A DNA stretch of 64,000 nucleotides from the NCBI GenBank assembly GCA_977017575.1, contig CDRNVI010000053.1:62001-126000 (forward strand). The letters are read 5' to 3'. The stretch is from Paramoeba atlantica (Eukaryota; Protista; Discosea). The stretch's first letter is position 1; the number at the start of each line of letters is the position of its first letter. A program made the position numbers and the translations under genes. Positions 23,367 through 34,034 of the stretch are shown here, one piece after another. A model generated the notes under the pieces. The model saw only the letters and a program-made list of their open reading frames with translations, did no database searches and was not told the DNA's origin.

Positions 23367-23547
23367 TCTTGGGCTTCACTCGCAACCCCTCGTGTGATTC
23401 AAAAATGTTGTCGTTCAGACATGAAACGTGATTTTTCGACTTATTCGGGAAGTGCCCCACTGCGAAAAAATATGTGGGCAATGTAAACATATATTGTACC
23501 CAAAAGTTTATTGATTTCTATTTTCTAGTGTCTAGATTTTAGGTGCT

Positions 23548-23745
23548 CGCTGGCCTTCACCACTTACGGAGTCCCTGGCCCCGAGACTCTCCAGTTTCTA
23601 GATCTGGTAGCTCGGAAGACCATCGAGGAAAAGAATGGGTGCCTCAGCCACTTTATCATGGCAATCGGGGTAGCCATTCAGAAGGGGAACGCCCAGATAG
23701 CGCATGCCGCGGTACAAAATAGGTACCGAAGGGGCGTGCGCTAAT
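23548..23745 (+). mobile_element. CRE-like 3'-end remnant
   Basis: Translates SLAFTTYGVPGPETLQFLDLVARKTIEEKNGCLSHFIMAIGVAIQKGNAQIAHAAVQNRYRRGVR*. Confidence 0.85.
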
Positions 23746-24399
23746 GGGTTCGGGTAGGATAAAAAAACTTATAAAAAACTTATAATTGAGGTACAGTGCG
23801 TGGTGTTATTACGGGACGGGTATTTAAGGGACAATATAGGGGTGGGGTCATACCTTTGGAATGGGACAAAAGAACTACAAGTGTAGCGCCCAAGTAACAG
23901 AGCGCTCAAGTTATCAGGCACACATAAAAATGTATTTGTAAGATAACTGATCGAAAAGGAGATAAATAAAGGAAGATAATTGAAAGAAAAAGGTACTGTG
24001 ACCCCCCCTTTAATACGGACAGATTTTTGGACTTTGTCCATATTAAAGGGGGGGTGCTCATGGCGCAGAAAATGACGCTATTTCTTACCCGACAAAATAC
24101 AATTAAAAAAAAAATCGCGTCGCTTCGCGGCGCCCGTCTTTCTCGAGAAAGGCGAACAAAAGGAATCTCTGGAACAGAAGAAAAAGAAGCCCCCTGAAGA
24201 ATAATGCGGTGATGGGATGTTGAGGAGTGAAGGGCGGACAGGGGGGATGTCTGGGTTGGGTGACTGACATGTAGGCATTTAAGTAGCAAAGCAATTAAAA
24301 GAAAAACATTATGAAAGATGATACAATGTGAAAGAGTTAATTGTCTAGTTAAGTACGATTATTGAGGGAGATACTACTCCCTCGCTACCCAGTAATAAT

Positions 24400-24598
24400 A
24401 AAATTTGGCCCGAAATTTCGCCCGAAATTTGGCCCGACAAACATTTTTCCTGAAAAAGTTTTTTTCGAAAAGAACGAAATGCAGCACCACAAATAGATAG
24501 TTTTAGAAAAGAAAAACGCAACTTTTGGACGACTCGAAATTTGGCCCGAAATTTCGTCCAAAATCTCGCCCGAAATTTGACCCGAAATTTGGCCCGAC
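24400..24598. repeat. 12-bp tandem repeat AAATTTGGCCCG (two clusters)
   Basis: Seen directly. Confidence 0.9.
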
Positions 24599-24652
24599 AA
24601 AAAAAATTCCGGATTTTTTTTTAACAAAGATCCAAAGACAGCACCATAACCC

Positions 24653-25160
24653 AGGTATAAAGGACGGAGATACTAAGAGCACATCGAAAAAAAATTTCTA
24701 AAACGTAAACGATTTTCATTGAAAAATTTAAAAAGATTGAAGAAAAAAATATTAAATTTAATGAAAAATATCAAAAAGGAAAGATTCGAGAAAGAAAAAG
24801 TATCTCCCATTTCATCTTGAATGGTCACCGAGAAGAAAAATGGGAGATACTTTTTCTTTCTCGAATTTTTCCTTTTTGATATTTTTCTCCCATTTCATCT
24901 TGAATGGTCACCGAGAAGAAAAATGGGAGATACTTTTTCTTTCTCGAATTTTTCCTTTTTGATATTTTTCTCCCATTTCATCTTGAATGGTCACCGAGAA
25001 GAAAAATGGGAGATACTTTTTCTTTCTCGAATTTTTCCTTTTTGATATTTTTCATTAATATTTTTTCTTCAATCTTTTGAAAATTTTCAATGAAAATCTT
25101 TTTCGTTTTAGAAATTTTCTTTTCGATGTGCTCTTAGTATCTCCCTTGTCCTTTATACCT
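24653..25160. mobile_element. Foldback/MITE-like element: long AT-rich inverted arms with three internal 83-bp direct repeats
   Basis: AGGTATAAAGGAC..GAGATACTAAGAGCACATCGAA is inverted at the right end; repeat units start at 24804, 24887, 24970. Confidence 0.85.
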
Positions 25161-25359
25161 TAGGTCGAAATGGGTTTGCGCCGTCGTCGGGCAGCTGGAT
25201 ATAGCATCAGCTAGCGTCTCGAGCACCAAATTGTGGCGATAGGTGTATCTTCCTTGTTCCAGGGAGACTCGACAGCCAGCAAATATGTGGCGGATAGTTT
25301 GGACTTCCTCATTGCAAATGGGACACTTCGTGTTTACATGTGTGTTTAGGCCCCATCTA

Positions 25360-26917
25360 CAGGGGTGAAAATACCATGGTGGGGGGGATCTAAAATTCGT
25401 AAAATTTGTCCAATTTTGGAAAATAATAGAGCGTTCGAGAGCTCTCGCAGAGTTGTATGTTTTAAGATAGGCAGTTTGCGGGGGTTAGGGGGGTACCCCC
25501 CTTTGATGGAAGGGTCAAAAACACGATTTGCAAATTTGAAAAACTGTAAAAAATGGTCAAAAATTACCCTTAATACCCACAGGAAGACCCGTTTCGCTCA
25601 ATAACGATGCGACAACGCTTGCGGAAACTGCTCATCGTGTTAATACATTCTTGCTTGCGTTCTGATTGTAATCTTTCGAACGCTGTCTCAATTGCCGATA
25701 CTAATTCAGCCCGATTCTTGGGTCGAAGATCATTTTTGATCCTGTCCATGGTCCCCCAAAGGTTTTCAATGGTGTTTAAATCGGGGGATTTTGCAGGCCA
25801 AGAGAGTACATTAATACCTTCGTTGCGAAAGGTTGTTCGCGCAGAATTATGAACAGGACAATTATCCATTGCAACGACCCCAGATGGGTGGCGCCTCAAA
25901 TAATTTAAAAGTCCTTTGCGCTTCTTCATGGCGTCATTGAAAACATCCCCTGTTACAGTTACTTTTCGGCCGGAAGGGTCGTGGGAGGGAAAAATGTGTA
26001 GATGAAATCCATGATTTAAACTGACCCCCATCCACACCATGACGCCGTTCCCTCCATACCAAGGTTCTAGCTCTCCCTGCTGTTCCTTGGCGGGGTCAGT
26101 CTTCCGGCAAAGGTAAGTAATTTTGTTTCGTCCCCTACCGCAAGTAAACTTCTTCTCATCGCAGAAAACAATTTGTCTCAGTTGGGTATCTGACCAAGTG
26201 AGCATCTCAGAACAAAAATGCACTCGTTTCCTCTTGTGTTCATCGGTCAGTGCGGGCTTTCTTTTTAAAGTTCGCATGATCATACCATGGCTCTTCATGG
26301 CGTTAACCAAAGTTGGTCTTGAACACTGAAATCCAAGAGAAAGCACAACTCTATGGAGTGCACACCAGTTCTCAATCCCGTACGGGAGGTCACGGTATCC
26401 CTCATCAATGAGGCGGATAGCTGCTTCGTGCAGCGCAGGGGTACTGACAGGAGATGGGCGTGAAATAGGAGAGCTTTCCACGTCTCCAGTGTTCTCATAG
26501 CGTATCACAAGACGTTTTACTGTATTTTCGTGGACGCCGAAGTTTTGGGCTGTCCGAGAATAGGACCCTGTCTCAAGATAATCTGAGACAAGAAGCATAC
26601 GGTGACTTGGTATCACCCGTGCGGGGGAGGAATAGGACCTGTCGCTGAGTACACCACGTGAGGTTCGGGAACGAATCCGTTTCTGGGGCATATAGTGCTA
26701 ATATTGACTGAAAAACAGCTAAAAACTGAAAAAACGTAAATTTGGGCAAGAAAAAAAATCATGATTTTTTTTGTCTCATCGTTTCATGTTGAGTCACAGG
26801 CCGCAAATAGTGCTAAAACATACAACTCTGTGAGAGCTCTCGAATGCGCTATTACTTTCCAAAATTGGATAATTTTTACGAATTTTAGACCCCCCCACCA
26901 CGAGGTTTTCACCCCTG
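25360..26917 (-). mobile_element. Tc1/IS630-family transposon with intact transposase, TA target duplication
   Basis: ~105-bp imperfect TIRs starting CAGGGGTGAAAA; TA at 25358-25359 and 26918-26919. Confidence 0.95.
25570..26691 (-). CDS. Tc1-like transposase, DD32E
   Basis: Uninterrupted 373 aa; HTH, VFCDEKKF, AMDNCPVH, WPAKSPDLNTIENLW. Confidence 0.92.
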   Translation of the reverse strand: MPQKRIRSRTSRGVLSDRSYSSPARVIPSHRMLLVSDYLETGSYSRTAQNFGVHENTVKRLVIRYENTGDVESSPISRPSPVSTPALHEAAIRLIDEGYRDLPYGIENWCALHRVVLSLGFQCSRPTLVNAMKSHGMIMRTLKRKPALTDEHKRKRVHFCSEMLTWSDTQLRQIVFCDEKKFTCGRGRNKITYLCRKTDPAKEQQGELEPWYGGNGVMVWMGVSLNHGFHLHIFPSHDPSGRKVTVTGDVFNDAMKKRKGLLNYLRRHPSGVVAMDNCPVHNSARTTFRNEGINVLSWPAKSPDLNTIENLWGTMDRIKNDLRPKNRAELVSAIETAFERLQSERKQECINTMSSFRKRCRIVIERNGSSCGY

Positions 26918-27868
26918 TATGTAGTGCTGCGCGGGTAGGAAGAGGCGTCTGTGTGAGAACTGAAGCTGTGAAGCGGGACAACGACTCGCTCTTTATGTTG
27001 CATAGCGCAGATGCGAAATCCTTCGCCAGGTCACTTTCTGAGGCCAATTGGAACCATTGGCAGGCCACGGATGTGCGTCGCTGCACGGCCTCTAGCAGGT
27101 GGCGCTCATGTTGGGTGTTGATGGTGCGTTGAAGGGCTGCTGGGTCGTCGCGCACCTCGTATAGCTGGGTAAGCGGCCTGATTTGGCCTGACGAGCGCTT
27201 CTTTTGTTCATTTTGGATGCGCTGTCGTAGTGCGTGCTGTACAGCTGGGTCTCTGGATTTTTCCATTTGTGTTAGAGCTATGGCTGTGCACTGAAGCCAT
27301 AGCTTCGACATGCTGGTTAGATTCCAACCACTCTCCGAGTAAATAAGTTCACTTGTTGCGGTTTTAGCCATTTTAAGCCATTTCCGAATATGGTTGGTGG
27401 CCATCTTTTGGAGCCTTAAGACGTGGCTGAATGAGAGTACGGGGTTCCAATCCAATCCAAATCCAAAAAGGCCGATTTACATCGGCTGATAAAACTACTA
27501 TTTTGTTTTTCGTGAAGACACCTTCCTCTTAGGTGAATCTTCCCTCTTTTTATCCACTTTTTCATTAAGCACTCTTAATTGTTCATAACTTTTATCTTAC
27601 GTTTTATCTTACGAGTACGGGGTTGATGGTAAAGGCATAACGTAGCCGAGATGTGATAGCGTGGTTATAGATCCAGAGGCGGGCTGGGGTATCGAAGGCG
27701 CTATGGGTGATATTGTGGAGCCATGTGCGGAGTTTTGTCCGTAGCGTCTTGAAGAGAACCTTTCCTTGTTGCGCGCCAGGTGCAAGAGTCATACCGAGGA
27801 AGGTGCTGCCGCGGTCACATATATGAGGTATTGGTTCGCTAGAGGCCATGATCCTCGGTCGGTGCGTC

Positions 27869-28957
27869 TTATAACCCCCATCTTTTACGGCCATACGCTG
27901 AAGGCGGCACTTCTTGACGTTTAGACACCCCCATCATTGAGAGTACCCTCACAAGCACATTCGTCGCGTTCTGCATTTCTTCAGGGGTGTTCGTGAGCAT
28001 TGTCAGATCATCCGCGAAGGCCTTCAGGAAGGTTTCTGAATCATTCCAGACGATTTCATACTTTGGAAAACTCGATCTAAGGAATCGTAAGACCACCTCC
28101 ATTGCAATCAGGAACAGCACCGGTGAAAGCGTGTCTCCTTGTAATACGCCACGCTGCACTGGGATGTGGTTTGTGAGTCCTTCAGCGCATTTTACTTGCA
28201 GAGGTGCTCCGTCGTACAACGCACGAATATACGCCACGATACGGGGCGAGATTCGGGCCCACTGTAGTGCGTCGAATAGGACGCTATGCGGAAGGGCGCC
28301 AAAAGCATTCTTCAAGCCAAACTGCCCTAGACAGTATTGTCGCTTGTGTCGGCGTTGGAATTCCAGGAGTTCGCAGAGTGACTGCGTATGTTCGATGGTA
28401 CCGTTCACCCGCGGAAGGAAACCTTTCTGTATGGTAGTGTCGATTACACCAGAAGAAGTAACGTGGGCTAATACCCGATGACTTATGATAGAGTGGAATA
28501 GCTTCCCCAGGAAGCTAGTCAGACCGATGGGCCTCCAGTTTTCCAGCGCGCGCGAGGGACCCCCTTTGTGAATGAGAAGTGTTATAGCTTGTTTCCATGA
28601 TTCGAGGCAGACGCTAAACTTCAGGAGTCCGTTGAAAACTTGGGCCAAGAAGGGGTGTAGGGCGACACATCGTTTCAGAATAGCGTTACTAATGGTGTCG
28701 GCTCCTGGAGCAGCTGAAGGACGTTTCGAGGATACCGCTATGGCAATCGAGGCACCATTGATTTCTTCCCATTGCATCTCTGTCTCGGTTGCTGGTCCAA
28801 AGAAGTCTCGTGGGGGCAGGTGATGCTCCGTGTGGGGCTTGCTCATCGACTCCTTAAAGTGGCTTTCGATTTCGAGATTTTTTTCAAAGAAATCTTTCGA
28901 TTTCTCCAATAGGGCAGTCTGGTCCTTGCTTCTTACGTTGCTCCGCTGCTTTTTCAT
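27869..28957 (-). pseudogene. Non-LTR reverse transcriptase domain
   Basis: Canonical RT blocks, but the first catalytic Asp appears replaced (QFGLKNAFG instead of xDLxNAFG) and the frame breaks after the FADD block. Confidence 0.9.
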
Positions 28958-29939
28958 GGTTGTCCAGGCATTCCCCCGAGGCAGTCCATGGGTTTCTCTG
29001 GAATCGAGTCGCGGCCTATCGTTGCGCCATCTCGAGACGCTGTAGTGAACTCTCTTCTAGATACGTTTTATGCAGTTTTCCTGCCTCTTTGATTTTCGCC
29101 TTCAGCTCGTTTCGCGCGCCTCGACCGTGTGTATATCGTAGGGACCTCTTGAGTTGTCGGACGTGACCTGCTAGGGTTGCAGCAGACCGTTCGACTGCGG
29201 TTGGCCTTGATTTGCGCCCTGCCGAAACCCTGTGTGACCGGATCCGAAATGCACCAACGGCGTCAATGTGGCAGGCTACTTCATGGGCGGTAACTGCGAT
29301 GCAGCCTGACAGCAGCTTTGTCTGTTCGAGGGCCTCCTCTGAGTTCCGGGCGGGGCATATAAACTTATGGCACCGGTCTAACGCTCGTTGTTCGGTAAGG
29401 TGCCATTGTTCGGTGGTGAAGTGGATCATAACCCGACCTCCTTCGATAGTGCGTAGCTTACTCATGAGGCTAGCAGCTGTTTCTTCCTGCTCGGTCAAGG
29501 TTGGGGTTTCTGTCTGGGCTCGGGGGCGGCGTGGGTTTTGCGTGGGCCTCTGGGTGCGGAGCATTGGCTGTTCCCCACTGCTTTGGTGTCTACCACCTTC
29601 CGGTACACGCTGGGACCTAAATGCTCCCGTCCTTGGTGCGGCCTGCGAATTTTCGTTCGTGACTGCCCTTCCAGTCTCTGTTCCTCCTGTGGGGCTGGAG
29701 AAGGCCTGAGTGCTGATGTTGAGGGGGTTCCCCTAGTTTCCTCTCCGTTGTTCAATCCTTGCTCTGTGTTCCTGTGTTGCGACTCATCTGCGGTGTTACT
29801 TTGTGGTCGGGGTCTTGAGTCGCATGGCGGAGCTGTAATACTAGGTTCGGTTGGAATAGGGGAGGCGCTGTTCCTTGTGCCGACTCGGTCCTGAGCGGAG
29901 AGGAGACGTGTCTGGTCCCTTGAACTCGCAGTTGGTGTC

Positions 29940-30460
29940 CCAGGTGGTGTTGTAGAGTACATAATTTGTTAATGACGTGGAGGGCACATTCGTTGGACAT
30001 GGGTGACTGCTGTGGAACGGAGGCATATTTAATGCGTTATATTATAATATAATATTATAATATTAATATTTTTATATGCGTTTTATGATTGCAGATGTCC
30101 CTACAATCTGCCGAAGGTGTGAAGCGAAACTATTGAGGAAATCCCCACGAGCATGAGGGGAATACGTTTGGTAACTATTGTAAGCAGTCATATCACAACG
30201 GTGATAATCTACAAGGACGTAGTAACCATTAAACAGTAAAATAGAAACCACACGGCGCACTGATGTAATGTATTTCTTGGGCTGGCGACCTTGACCAAGT
30301 AAGAGCCGTGTTTTGCCTGTATCAAGAAACAGTATGTTTTTGTCGGCATCGGGTAACATGCGATACGTCCTCATGACATTTTCGCATATTTGATCTACAG
30401 CATGTGTTGGAAGACAACATTTCGGTCGCCGATACTTTCGCCACTCTGTGTCCAGGTCTA
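29940..30460 (-). pseudogene. Ulp1/SENP-like (C48) cysteine protease domain, interrupted by a short AT-rich insertion
   Basis: NGYYVLV...AYNS then, after the 30033-30076 insert, IKYASVPQQSPMSNECALHVINKL (QQ...C motif). Confidence 0.7.
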
Positions 30461-30599
30461 CAATAGAGCTCGGAGAATCTGGCACACATATGTTCCGGTT
30501 TCTTGGTTTCACACGTACTCTTGGATTCACATGTGTCTTCATGGGAGTTTAGCAACGCTCCATGATCTTCCGGGGAATGTAGTTGAGATTGAGGCTGTG

Positions 30600-31371
30600 T
30601 ATTTGGATGCTCTACCCAAGGATTTTCGGTGGCAGGTCGCTTGATGTATGTGCGGGCGGCTTTTAGTATTGCTTCGCGATGAGTTTTCCACACTAGCGTG
30701 TGTGCTTCTATCCATTCGAGGACAAGATATCGGCTTACTTTTTCTTTGTTGTTGTGAAGACGCCATTCGCTGAGCAATTCATTGTATTGTCGCTTAAACA
30801 AGCGATTAAATACACGGTCATGAATTTGTATTGCCTTCGTGCAACCCCCAGGAATTGTATGAGGGTCGGAATTTTCAGGAATGTCGTCAGTGCGATGTCC
30901 TGAGCAATCATCTGTGATTATTGCTGTCGAAGACCTTTCCTGTGAAAAGGGTAAATAGCTCTTCAGCATGCGAGGATAAATGTCCTCCTTGACCTCTGGG
31001 CATGCTTCACCATTTCCTTGTAAATCGTGGAATTTTCCCGCGACTTCGCGTTATGCTCGAAAATTACAGTCGGGTTAAGGGGACATACCTCGTCAGACCC
31101 GAAATCATAGATGGCGGCCAAAAAAGCAGTCACCGTTTCCTTCGGATTTGTGTCGACAACCTTTGGTTGAGGACTCCCAATTTAGACAAGAGTATATCCT
31201 TGCACCTCCCCGTTTACGAACATCGCTGTTTCGTCTCCAAAAAGAGCAAACCGGTAATGTCGTACCGAATTTTGCACGTAGAGCTTCTCAGCCCAGCGCG
31301 AAATGCGGGTTTCAACGTTAGCGGGAGCAAGACACTGTATTCTGTCCCAGCGCCTCCAGACCCATCCGTAG
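30600..31371 (-). pseudogene. pogo/Tigger-like DDE transposase remnant
   Basis: Manual translation gives FGDETAMF...KETVTAFLAAI...PTVIF; ORF 30322-30969 gives DDCSGHRT and IPGGCTKAIQIHDRVFNRLFK. Confidence 0.8.
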
Positions 31372-31373
31372 TA

Positions 31374-31748
31374 CTGTGCCCCCCCTAGTTATCTGTCACA
31401 CGTCACCCCCCTAGTTATCTGTCACTTTTTGGCACTTCGAATTGTTTTTTCGTCGACTACCCCCCCTAGTTATGTGTCACCTTTTAAAAATAGATAAAAT
31501 ACTTTTTTCCAAAAAAAACATGAAATGAAAGAAAAAAATTCCTTTTTTGTTCCAAGCGAATGGTCGTGCGTGGTGCTATTATAAACCGTTTCTGTAATTC
31601 CATGTTCTGACTTTTTTTTTGTGACAGACCCCCTCCCTAGTTATCTGTCGCACACTGATCCGCCTAGTTATCTGTCACACCCCTACCCCCCCCTAGTTAT
31701 CTGTCACCTTTTCGCGAAAAGTAGTGACAGTAGGGGGGGGGGGTACAG
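31374..31748. mobile_element. MITE with TA|CTGT(G/A)CCCCCC termini and internal CCCCCTAGTTATCTGTCAC repeats
   Basis: TA at 31372-31373 and 31749-31750; inverted termini; ~6-7 internal repeat copies. Confidence 0.8.
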
Positions 31749-31824
31749 TATCTTCGAAAACGAAAATACGTATCCTCCAAGGCATTCATTGAAGTTAAAC
31801 CAGTGTTTAACCGTATCATATCTA

Positions 31825-32010
31825 CAGTGGTGATCAGCGTCTTTTACCCCCCCCCTACAGGTCTTGTATTTTGTCCGATTTTGGAAATATTTGGTATACC
31901 ACCGTTTTTCGACCCAATCATTCCGAATCCGAGGTCCTTTTTATTCGAGCGATCCCCTACCCCCCCTAGCCAGGTAGGGGTCAAAAAAGCTAATTACAAC
32001 TTTTTTGAGT
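31825..32010 (+). mobile_element. Left end of the CAGTGG-terminus MITE family (also 34035, 59442)
   Basis: TA|CAGTGG...CCCCCTACAGGTCTTGTATTTTGTCCGATTTTGGAAATATTTGG shared with the other copies. Confidence 0.8.
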
Positions 32011-32373
32011 GTACTTTGCGAATGTTTCGGATGAAGAACAGTAGTAAAGTAAGTCAGAAGACGCGGAAAAGGAGTGCAAAGTAACCCCTAGTATTTAGTC
32101 ATATACCCTTTGGCCTTCTTGACCAAGAGTAGACTCTTACTTTGCTTGGCGTACTCAATGGTACATTGAGTATGTAAGTTCATTCAGCTTTTCTCTTCGA
32201 GGTGGGGTGAGGTGTACAATTTTATGACGAAATATTGGGTGCTCAAGGGCCGAGGTTGGAATGTCACATTCCGATTTCCAGATTATTACTTACTGTCAAG
32301 GAGAACCCGCGTCGCTTCGCGCTGCGGGCCCGAATTTTCGCGTTTTTATGGCTCGAATTCTGGTCTGGTACGC

Positions 32374-32646
32374 TTATGAGTTCTTTTTTCTCAAAACTGG
32401 GGAACTCATAAGCAAGGGGGGGGGGTATAGTATATCCTTCTGGTGCTCAGACGTTGCGTTTTGGGAGTTTACGTGCAACATTGGATTTTTACGGCGATAT
32501 TTCTCCCTTTGTTCCGTGCACCACGCATCATAGCTTTTATCGTGCTTTTGAATATGCCTTCCTGCCGATACGTAATCGGCCTGCAGACCTCTTGCCGTCA
32601 GAAATCGTTTTTTATTAATCTCAGGACACAATTTGCATTCCACCAT
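32374..32646 (-). other. Possible BED-type zinc-finger remnant (transposon-derived)
   Basis: ECKLC...GRHIQKH spacing; lies among MITE ends. Confidence 0.3.
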
Positions 32647-33009
32647 CTACTTTGCGCCCTCTGTATTAGGTACTTGAGCAAAGAATTCTTTACAAAAACT
32701 GTCCCGGGTGGGATTTTTCATCGAAAAAAGAATATCGTGTATTATACACGTGTATAGAGGCCTAATAATGAACTGTAATGAATACAGACGAATCAAAATC
32801 ATGAAATAAAATTCTGCGATTCCAAAGTACACGAAGAAAAAAAAGTTTTTTAAAGTTTTTAGAAAAAAATAAGTAACTTTAAAGTACTTTCTTGAAAGTT
32901 TTAAAGTTTCCGCGAACCTTGAATTAAACCTAAAGTTATTGGGCTAATATTTAGTAACTAGTCGTAAGCAACATGCATACCATTATGAAATAGATGTAAC
33001 AAAAAAGCC

Positions 33010-33999
33010 ATGGATTCAATAGCTGTATTCGGCGGTGCTGGATATATTGGTTCACACATCGTGCAAGAATTGTGTAAGTCAAAATTCGTGACCGTTGTTG
33101 ATAACTTGACTACAGGCAACCGCGACATGCTACCTTCTCAAGTTACATTCTTTGAGGGAGACGTCCGCGATAAGAAATTCTTGGCATCCTTTTTTCAAAA
33201 AATCCGTCCACAAGCTGTAATTCATGTGTGCGATCGTAGTAACGTTCAAGAGAGTGTCACAGACCCACTTCTCTATTATGAAAATAACGTAGTTGGTATG
33301 GTAACATTGCTACAAGAGATGCGTTTGTGTGGATGCAGTCAGTTAGTTTATAGTTCATCAGCTGCCGCATACGGAGACATTGACAGCAATGAAATTAACA
33401 TGCTTCCTGTTAACTCCCCACTTCGACCGAAAAATCCGTATGGTGAATGCAAAGCGACAGTAGAGCGACTCTTGCATACATGTGGTACAGCTTATGGCCT
33501 AAACTTTGTGGCCTTCCGCTTCTTTAATGTAGCTGGTGCCCATGAATCTGGCCTTTTGGGAGAAATCCATTCACCCCAAACGCATTTAATTCCAGTCTTA
33601 CTGGAGGTGGCTGCCGGGGTTCGTGATAGCGCTTCCTTGTACGGAACGGATTATCCGACGCGGGACGGAACATGCGTGCGAGACTTCGTTCACGTATGTG
33701 ACGTAGCTCATGCGCACCTTGATGCGCTTTGCTACTTACGAAACGGAGGATTATCCACGTGCATAAACTTGGGAAGTGGAATGGGATACACCGTACGAGA
33801 GGTTATCAAAATCGTACAGTCTATTACGGGATGCAGTATTCGTGTAGATGAGAAGAATAGACGACCAGGTGACCCAACGAGGCTTGTTGCGTGTGTCAAA
33901 GACGCTAAAAAGATATTACGTTGGTCGCCTCGCCATTCATCTCTGCCTGAGATTGTGGCAAGTGCGTGGAAATTCTATTCCTCCTATCGTAAACATTAG
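33010..33999 (+). CDS. galE: UDP-glucose 4-epimerase
   Basis: GGAGYIG, YYENN, SSSAAAYG, PYGECK (YxxxK), FRFFNVAGAH, THLIP, RDGTCVRDFVHV, RRPGDP. Confidence 0.95.
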   Translation: MDSIAVFGGAGYIGSHIVQELCKSKFVTVVDNLTTGNRDMLPSQVTFFEGDVRDKKFLASFFQKIRPQAVIHVCDRSNVQESVTDPLLYYENNVVGMVTLLQEMRLCGCSQLVYSSSAAAYGDIDSNEINMLPVNSPLRPKNPYGECKATVERLLHTCGTAYGLNFVAFRFFNVAGAHESGLLGEIHSPQTHLIPVLLEVAAGVRDSASLYGTDYPTRDGTCVRDFVHVCDVAHAHLDALCYLRNGGLSTCINLGSGMGYTVREVIKIVQSITGCSIRVDEKNRRPGDPTRLVACVKDAKKILRWSPRHSSLPEIVASAWKFYSSYRKH

Positions 34000-34034
34000 A
34001 AATAAATAAACAATAGAAAAATAAAATCAACATA

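Larger units (their letters stand above)
25161..30030 (-). mobile_element. RLE-type (NeSL/R2-like) non-LTR retrotransposon, degenerate, interrupted by a Tc1 element
   Basis: Pre-RT RFQRNPW; RT motifs WRPIGL, QKGF, KNAFG, GVLQGDTLSPVLF, AFADDL (27869-28957); post-RT LPTRAALH|RWG; CCHC knuckle CPIC...HIFAGC...GRYTYRHNLVL at 25200-25340. Confidence 0.9.

Noticed and set aside
24804-25052. CRISPR-like array
   Set aside because: 83-bp units are head-to-tail with no unique spacers, the context is eukaryotic, and no cas genes are present.
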